Both the position numbers and the translations under genes were made by a program. Positions 54,891 to 64,000 of a stretch of DNA of 64,000 bases are shown piece by piece (position 1 is the stretch's first letter; each line of letters starts with the position of its first letter). The DNA is from Chrysomallon squamiferum. Its lineage: Eukaryota > Animalia > Mollusca. Under the pieces are notes generated by a model. The model did not search any database. It was not told the DNA's origin and saw nothing but the letters and a program-made list of their open reading frames with translations. The DNA is taken from contig CM022671.1 of the NCBI GenBank assembly GCA_012295275.1, positions 3,162,001 to 3,226,000 of the forward strand, read 5' to 3'.

Positions 54891-56362
54891 ATAAATGTTA
54901 AATTGCGTGCACCTTTTCTGTGTTACTTTGTACGAGTAAATTGTGTATGCATTTGTGTACATCTTGTATATATATATCCACATCCATACAAACACACACA
55001 TATAAACACATTCGAGAAAGAATGCTAAATGGGTTATCGCCCTTCCTGTCGTGGATACTTTTCTGACTGTTCTGGCAGTTGACAGAAGTCTGAACAAATC
55101 AGCCATCCCTCCTGTTTCCATTCTTCATTTAATATTTCGGATACCTCTCTCACATGAGTGAGTAGTTCTGTCCCCAGTGTAACTTCTACGTTGCATTGTT
55201 TCTGTGTGGATATACATTTTAAGAGTTGTACCCTTGAGTTATATTCATTCTGTTTCGGTTGCCATATAACGATTTACTGGAATTTTTCAAAAGTTCCATT
55301 CTTCAAGCAATAATATGTTTGCTCAGTGGTGTCTCCTTAGTAATTATTTCTTCATCTTTAATATTTTGTAAATACAGTTCAGAACTTCAACTGCAGTTGT
55401 TGGTGACAGACATATTTACACCTCGCTGTTACTCTTGTCACACAACAGATTAGACTACTTAACTCTTTACTTTATATAAATTTGAATGGTATAAATTTTA
55501 GAATTGTAGATATCTTGTTTTTAGTGTTTTTATTCCAGTCTTTTTTAAAACCCATACAGCTATGTAGTAATTTAAAATTCCACGTCATTTAAAGAAGAAA
55601 AAATAGAAGAAAAAAATTGCTAAATTTCCTGAATGTTATTTCTTCTTCTTTTTTTTCTATTTTTAAATTACTGATTCGGATAATTTCTGTGGAAGATTAT
55701 AAATAATTATTTATTTATTTATTTATTCATTTATTTATTTATTTATTATTTTCATTATCATTATAAAATTCATTATTTTGGTATTGTTGTTCATCATCTT
55801 CTTCTTCTTCTACTTCTTCTGTATATTTCGTATTGTCACATAAACAAACTAAGACGTAAAAACGTAACAATGGAACTAGGTCACAAACTTTTTCTGGTGC
55901 TAATGGGCATCTGCGATTTAACAACAACACAGCAAACAACAGACATCTTTAATGGACAAGGTTTGGATACTGTACTGCAAAGGCAGCAAAACTTGTACTG
56001 ACTGTGAGTCTCAAATTACAATAATAATCATTCTAGTTGCGAAAATATAACAACGATATTATTTTAAATAAAGCAAGTCATCACTTCTTTTGATCTGACG
56101 AGCCAAAATGAGCTTCGGCTTTCCACCTTCTTCTTTTTCTTTTTTTTTCTTTATTTTATTTTATTTTAATATTTTTAATAACCTTTTTAATAGTTTTAAT
56201 AGCAGTATAACCAATAAACATTCAATTAGATCTGGGTCTGTAAGATGTAGATCTAAACTGCAAGACTGCAAAATAATTGATACATTCGTTCAAAACGAAT
56301 CCAAACTTCCAGTTTAATTATTTAACTTTATTTTACAAATGTCGACAGTTTGTAAACAACAT

Positions 56363-57302
56363 TTAATAATCGTTTTTGTATATTTTCCTATAAATAAACA
56401 AACGTAAACGGTACAGAGCAAAATGACAAGTCTGTATAAATGGCAAAATAACTAAGCCGACAACGATGACGACACCTGTAGTGAAGGCTGCATTGTTCCA
56501 GTCTAAGACTCCTTTGTAAAGAACGTTGGTGTGGTCATAACACCAATATATTAAACTGAATACGATAAACACTAAACTGAACATCAGTGGATAAATCACA
56601 TGCAGCAGACGTACAGGTTTAGCACCAATGGCGACGTCTGCAACTACGAATACGGTATTTAGAGCGTGTACGTTCAGGTTGTTTAAGTCCAAACCAGGAT
56701 GACCACGTTCTTCTTGCAGGTTGTTGTAAAGCGCGCCAAAATATATGGCTGTCACCAGTATGGCGTCTACAGATGCTATATTCCACAAAAGCCATGATAG
56801 TTTCAGATACCATGCTAGGTTATTCTCCATGATGACGGGATCCTGCACGTGCAGTGTTTCTGTTTTATCGGATTTCATATCAAAGAGACCACTATTTATT
56901 TGCAGTTGGTTTCGTTCATTTTCAAAACTTGTTTTAATTTCACTTTTGCAAACGTCATAACAAAATTCTGGGTTGGTAAAACAATAGTCATCACTTGTTG
57001 AAATAGTTTTTATTTTTGTAATCGCGACTATTGAATATGACGTTGATTTTGTTCTATAATGGCAATAGATTGCAATGGTAACTGTGTGTATCATGTACAG
57101 AGTGAGAACCAGATACGTCCACGTTGTTAGATATGCCATGACGTTGTGTTCTTTCCATTTGTGGTTTTCACTTTTTACTATCAAGTAAGTGAAGGCGAAG
57201 ATAGCATAGCCTGCTGTAGTTAGACGATATAATATAAACACTGGCCACGGAAATCGCCACTAAATAAAAAAGAAAACAGAAGATATATATATATATCAGT
57301 TC

Positions 57303-57395
<93 letters not shown>

Positions 57396-57886
57396 ATAAA
57401 AAATTTAAATTTAAATACTGAAGCTGACTTTAAAGGAGAGAAACGGAGACCAAAAGACTCAAAATCACACAGGTAGCTAAGGACAATCGGAAAACGATGC
57501 GGGGATTAACAAAACATTTTCAGTAGTAGCGGAAGCCACTTTATTTTCTTAAGTCATTATTAGACTAAATATATGTGATTTACACAAAATATATTTTAAT
57601 TTTTGTTTTTTCTAATTTTCTAATTATAATTACATACGAAAAGTATAATTAACATCTTATTTGTGTAAATATTAAAATTGCTGATGTGTTAACAAACAAT
57701 CAGTTATTCAAATCCGAAGTTCAAAATATATTTTAATTTCCTTAATCTGTTCAATAACATCACCAAAGTACTGCAAATGAAAATAAATTTCCTTAATCTT
57801 ACCTGTGACTTGTAAAATGCCTCTGGTTTATTGTAATTCAGCCATACATTTGTTAATCTAAATTCATCTTTCAGAACGGAACACAT
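56363..57886 (-). CDS. rost: Rolling stone-like multi-pass membrane protein, 2 exons, 326 aa
   Basis: Exon 1 57886-57803 (MCSVLKDEFRL...EAFYKSQ, CAG|GTAAGA); exon 2 57259-56363 (WRFPWPVFILYR...YLTTWTYL...LKLSWLLWNI...IYFGALY...NLNVHALNTVF...PVRLLHVIYP...SLIYW...LYKGVLDW). These are typical rolling-stone family motifs with several hydrophobic segments. Confidence 0.85.
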
Positions 57887-57994
57887 ATTTCTGTTCTGAT
57901 ATTTTATTTGCGTCCGTAACGTTTAGTGATGAATATGATAGTTGTGTTTGACATCACTAGCAAAGTATACTTATACATGAGGCGAAAGAACAGA

Positions 57995-58030
57995 GATGGG
58001 TCACGTGAACAGTTAATGCTGGGCGGAACA
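57995..58030 (-). promoter_or_regulatory. Putative rost promoter motifs
   Basis: GTCACGTGA (58000-58008) and GGGCGG (58021) about 115-135 bp upstream of the ATG. Confidence 0.35.
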
Positions 58031-58310
58031 TGTCGGTGTAAGTAAACGAAGGAGAGGAAAACACTTGAGTTCACAATGTCAGGATTAATGAATGTTGTAT
58101 TTGTTTGATCAACAGATTGTGTTAGAAACGACAGCTTTTTAAAAAGATTACGTTCGTCAGATATGTTGCTCTCTTTTTATTTTTTATTAAATTTTTTTAT
58201 TATATATATATATAACCTGTAACTGAGGATTTATTTGTTTAGCTTGTTAGTATTATTTTGTATTATTATTATTGCTTTAAATTTATTCAGATTTTTTTGG
58301 TCGTGTTTTT

Positions 58311-58373
<63 letters not shown>

Positions 58374-60558
58374 ACTACACCTATTTATTAGTGTGTCTAT
58401 AAACAATTACTGAAAAAATATCTCTGAGAACGAACTCATGACAGATACACAAACACACACACACACACACACACATATATCCATATTTGAAAATTAAGTG
58501 TTTTGACAGGTCTCATCATGTTGTTTTGATATGTTTATTATGGGCATATGTATAAACACACGTACAGTCACCATAGGACCCATTAAAACTGACTGTTGTA
58601 TAGAGGTGAACGTAACATTAAAAAAATAATAATAATTTAACCTATATTACAAATGTGAGGAAGACGTACGAATGCCTTTGTAAAAAATAACATGGTTATT
58701 TCATAAGATCATTTCCGTTTTGGTAAATAATAACAACACATAAAAGGCTGTTGTTCACTGTGCATCTTATTTTACACACCGTACATATATTATCTATGAT
58801 CTCTTTAGTTTTACTTATTATAATTTACTACACTATATATGTATTATCTATCGCTTTTCCCAGACAATGTGTCACTCTAGAGTACTGGACGTTTGGTGCA
58901 AGACTTCAAGAGACAGATGCCTCAGGTATTACAATATTGTTTAAAATACAAGGAAATTCTTAAATGTCATTACGTTCTAGAATTCTTGTTAAATATTTGC
59001 CGATATGTTTGCCGCACGTCACTCAAAATATTTAACAGTCACTAACAACTGCAATAATTATATACAAAATAGGTATATTGATTGTATTTAAAAATGTATA
59101 TTGATAAATCTGGCAACCATTTCTGCCAGTACCATTGTCTGTAGTTGATTTTGAGTGAACGAGCTTCACCGCATTGTTGTTGTTTTAGATGACTAACAAC
59201 ACAAACATAGATCATTTCAAAATGTTATTATACACTTTTTTTTTTTAGTGGGGAGATTTTATTGTTTGTATCTTTATTCTTTATTATTATTTTATTATTA
59301 TTATTATTATTATTAAATGTAAGATAACAACTGATATCACATAAAATAACAAAAAGACATACAATAACAAAAACAATAATAATAATAACTTGTTAAAACG
59401 GTAAAGAAACAACTATGTTTCGTATTACGACTTCAGTAAAGTTTTTTTCAATACACTACACTTTCATTAAAAGGTCACCGCGATCCTGTTAATTTGTGTT
59501 TTAGCAGACGTACTTTGGTATTTTATTTGTTAATGGGCGGCTTGTGTTTATTGATGGAGCTGATGAAATGGTGTTGTTGCATTTTTGAAATTAGGTCTAA
59601 TTTAAATTAACAAACACGTCTAGCCTATCAACGCACATACGAAAGGATAGGAAAGGATCCGTAATTTCAAATTTAGAAATAATTATATTTATAGAAATTT
59701 ACAGACTCACGCCTGACAACACATGTAAGAAAAGTTTATCCCAAAACATTTCAAATTAGAGATATATTTTTAAAAGTATATATTTGTCAAATATACACGG
59801 AGTAAAACAAACGAGTATCTGATCCAAAACTACTAATATAAAACGAGTTCAGTTATAAAGAGATTTTAAAAAAAAAAAAAGAAAACAACACATCCGTCTG
59901 CTTAAAAAATGGGAGCGTTCTCTCAGGTGGGGTAAGGTGTATGTGAGAACTGACCAATGGGAAAAGAAGAAGTACTTGTTTTCAGCCTCACATTCAGCAT
60001 TTTTCTCCTTTTCATATTTTTTTTTTTTTAGTCTACGATTATCTTCCACATGCTGATGCATCAAGGACCTTCCCATGAAGCTAATATTCAGAGTTTGGGG
60101 AATTGTTCCACATAGTTAGTGGACATATAAATTAATATGTACAAACATTAACTGCAGCATAGATATATCAATTATATGCACAATTAGAGGATTAACAAAG
60201 ACAGCAAAAAATGTACTAAGATTTTGTTTTTCTTTTTTTAATTTAGAGGAACAAAATTATGCTATACAACTAAAAGTATTTTCATTATTTATTTATTTAT
60301 TTATTAATTTATTTATTTATTATTATTATTATTATTCAGCAAATACATCATAGTCAAAATTACAAGTGTTTGTACCTGCTGTGTCGGGTGATTAAAGTAC
60401 AAAGAGTACTTGTGATAAAGAAAAGTATTATTCAAAGACGTTTTACCTTCAAGTACCCTCTTTAAGTTTGTTGTCTCAAAACAAACAGTCATCTATCTAA
60501 CAATTATCTGATGTCCTTGATATCTCCCCTGGGTTTCTTTATTCACAACCGGTATGTC

Positions 60559-60614
<56 letters not shown>

Positions 60615-60797
60615 GTTTTATTTTATTTATTTAACGGAGTTTAAACTTCTTCGTCAAATACTCTGGATTTTGACTGAAATTTATTTCTTATAGTTTATAA
60701 TGTATGATTTGAACATGTGGACAAAGTTTAAAATATGAATGTATTGAATTCCATGAATCTTAATGCGATTATCAAAGCACTGTTGAATATTATAGTC

Positions 60798-60846
<49 letters not shown>

Positions 60847-62818
60847 CAGGCACAACAAAAATCTGAGAATGACTACGAACAGAAAACCAAGTGTTCTGGA
60901 TATTAATAGGTATTTTCAAATGTGTGAAAACTAAGAAGTCATCCTCAATAATAAACATGATACTGATCCGCTAAAGTCCAGCGCCTGAATGCATATGCGC
61001 ATTATGTCATTATACACATGTAAACACATGTATGCTTAATCATCTTTTATCCTTCTATTGATTTCATTGTCCACGTTTCTTTTCATTTTATCCCTGTTAA
61101 TCTTATTACAGGTCAAGACATCTCTGAATAAGAAATATAATGAGAAATTCTCTAAACAAAGATGTAATCTTAAAGCGCTCTAATGTTATCAGTTTATTAT
61201 ATATTTGCATGATAAATAGTTAATAATACAAACAGATAATAAAACAATAGATTAATGATACGAGGAAGTAAAAAAAAAAAAACATTAGTCAGACAAAGAA
61301 ATATATGTGGAAATATGTCAAACTTTATTTTAACAAAAACAAAGGATTGAATCTTACATATAATTCCTAAACACGTCTTTTAAACACCGTGCAAATGCTT
61401 TGTCACGAAAAGTGATTTTTGTTTAACAGTTTTTTCAAAATACGTTTATACTAACTGGTTCCTTATCATTAATATGGGGGATTTCAATAATACACGCTTC
61501 ACACTGTAAGTTTCATTATAAAAAAGATAAAACATGAAATGGATTCTGGTTGACTTCGTATTGATTTGCATTAGGGATTATTTATTATTGTCGTTGTTTT
61601 GGGGATAGTTGGGGTGATGGTGATTGTGGTTGTTGATAGTTTTTATGATGCAGTTTAAGATAAGAAAACGTAATCCGTACGTCATGAGAGAGGACTGTTC
61701 TATGATTTTATTTTACTTTTTAACACTCATCGCGTCATAAGCAGTGTATTGTATTAGAGAGAAGCAAACGAATGCAACAGGAAATAAACCAACAGAAGCA
61801 TTTGTAGTATTTTATTACATATCCTGTTTTATGTGCATAAGAGCAGGTACTTTGTGCCTGTCTGATAGTCGGCAGAAATATATATTTTTTTTCCCCTAAT
61901 AATATATTTTATGTTCAGCTCCATTTATGATTATGATTATGATTATGATTATGATTATGATTATTATTAATATTTTAAACTACAGATTTAAAAACAAACA
62001 AAAACATACAAATAATTAGTAAACGTACTACCAGAATGCAATCAGTTATTCTTTTTTTTTCTGAGTAACATGCAAGGGTCTTTTATCATGAACAAAATAC
62101 ATTTCTGCGTCTTTAATATGTTGGTCACTGTGTATTAGCTACACCAAGGAACCGCCTATAGGAACATGAATGAAGACAGATTTGACAACGAACGATTGAA
62201 CAGAAATAACATCAAAAATGATTCTTTAACAATAGTTATATACGAGGTTACATAAATAAAAAATAAGGAAATCTTTAATTTGCACATTGAAGTTTACACT
62301 TTACAATTAAAAAAGCCCCCCAAAACCACACAAATCTAATTTGTTTACGTAAATATATTTGTTGGACACTCTTTTTTTCACTTTTTGTTTTTTTGTTGAA
62401 TTTAAACAAAATATAAAACAAAATATTATTTCAGTAAATTTTTATTGCAATGGATGTACATTGCATCAGGACTAATTATGTCAACAGCATTTCATATTTT
62501 ATTTTTATTTCATTACAAACCACATACATTTCAGAAAAATTAATTTAAAAACGGAATCAGCTAGTTTATTATTGAAAAAAAAATATATATATAATAATTT
62601 CATCTAACTAAATGATAATTTTCACAAATATTTCTGGTTTAACTTAGATCACTGAAATATTTTTATGTTATTGTTCTCTAGTTTGGAAGACACACATTGT
62701 TTCACCTTCATTCTTTTATATTATATTTATTTATTCATACAGCACTTCCATGTGTTCGATTTTATTGCAGATTTGCTAAGTATTCTCATAGAAAACAATA
62801 TCTGGACAGTTTTTAAAT

Positions 62819-62992
62819 CTATCTTTTTGGAAATTTGGGTTTAGTCTGCAGTCTCCTCAAAGCCCTTTTGTGTCTGGTTTTGTAAGCCTGAAAAGGGAAA
62901 AAGAAAGAAAATTAATATCGAAACGGATTGAGGCAACTCTTTCTTGGATATTCATTACACCAGTAAAGTAAACTGACACACACACAAACACA

Positions 62993-63024
<32 letters not shown>

Positions 63025-64000
63025 CACACACACGTGCCCTCAGGAATGATTTGATATCTTGATTTTCAGTTTCAGATACTAAAAGTTACTAGTAAGGAGG
63101 ATAAACTGATGATAAATGTTTGCATTAAATGTCTTGAGCTTACTTCTACTAATTCTGGCCTCTTTGCTCTCCACTGTCTGACGACGTCTTCATAGTTTGA
63201 AGGCCGAAGAAAATATTTGACACCCTCTGTAAACATAAAATAGTAAAATAAAAATCATGTAATTAAAATACATAAGGATAACTAATACAGACACTGTTCT
63301 GAGGGATAAATTAAGTTTTTCTACACATAATATTAAATGGTAAGGAGGAATCTTTTAGTTGCTTTCCTTTTAATTCTTTTAAAAACATCTTAAAGCTTAT
63401 TTCATAATAATGAAGTTATTAAAATGTACTTGTGATGTAGTTTTATGATTAAAAAGTTTAACAAGATCACAAAGATGTCCGTGTTCTTTTTACTGTAACA
63501 ATATTTCACAAACAGGAATAGATAAATAAATGTGAAACAGTAAATCTCTGCAAATATATATACATGTAGATGGATGGATGGATGGACAGATAGACAGAAC
63601 AATCCTCAGTGTTTTTTTGTCTGCTTTCTCTGTGAGATTACTTGTATAAAATATCCTCCTCATTGTACTTGCACAGAGTTATTTAACTCATTTTTTATTA
63701 TTATTCAGTAACAACTAGATGATGCATCAAACAAAACAAAATAAATTAAAAGTAATTAAGCTAAAAAAATTTATACAAAAATTACCACTGTTACCGTAAG
63801 ACAAGATTACAAGTCATAGATTGTACCATTAATATATTACTAAAATTATGAAGCTTTTTTTTTTTTTAAATATTTTAAAAACAGAAATTAAAACCTTTTA
63901 GCCTCTCATCATCAGCAGTGAAGAAAAATGTCCTCTTTTTGCCAGGAATGACGACTCCAGGTGTGATTGGCTTGACCTCTGTAGCCAATTTGTCCTGTCT
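62819..64000 (-). CDS. NOL8: NOL8-like nucleolar protein, last three exons (5' part outside the window)
   Basis: Exons >64000-63895, 63226-63144 and 62887-62819 splice in frame to ...KKRTFFFTADDERLKEGVKYFLRPSNYEDVVRQWRAKRPELVEAYKTRHKRALRRLQTKPKFPKR*, resembling the NOL8 C-terminus as I recall it (FFFF..NDERL.G...F...W..R...L......HK.A.R). Confidence 0.7.

Noticed and set aside
53808-55121. Cluster of 60-144-aa ORFs rich in Y/I/V/C/H/T
   Set aside because: Translations of (CA)n/(TA)n/(ATT)n low-complexity DNA.
63402-63690. Possible extra NOL8 exon or independent ORF
   Set aside because: The flanking exons 63895 and 63226 already join in frame; this stretch has no convincing splice-site pair or homology.

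Overview
AT-rich, microsatellite-dense animal genomic DNA with spliceosomal genes; the gene content and repeats suggest a lophotrochozoan, probably a gastropod mollusc (inference). I reconstructed five intron-containing genes by hand from GT-AG sites and reading frames: (1) the 5' end of a Wnt16-like gene (- strand, runs off the left edge); (2) a complete 10-exon pleckstrin-like PH-DEP-PH gene (+, 12539-17582, 375 aa); (3) a ~22-kb receptor tyrosine phosphatase of the PTP99A/R5 type (-, 51202-29128; signal peptide, Ig, 4 FN3, TM, D1, pseudo-D2, PDZ-binding tail) with an apparent 1-nt frameshift just after the WPD loop and two candidate in-frame cassette exons; (4) a 2-exon rolling stone-like membrane protein (-, 57886-56363); (5) the 3' end of a NOL8-like gene (-, runs off the right edge). 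The most unusual structure is a set of minisatellites seeded exactly on exon boundaries. Tandem copies of a splice donor, a splice acceptor with branch point, and a stop codon fill much of several introns or a 3' UTR, with copies decaying away from the exon. Also notable: Wnt16 linked to an R5-type PTP as in vertebrates, a CTCF-like motif between the Wnt16 upstream region and the pleckstrin start, and a possible decayed P2X7-ballast/KolX-like fragment. Most ORFs in the supplied track are microsatellite or antisense artefacts.
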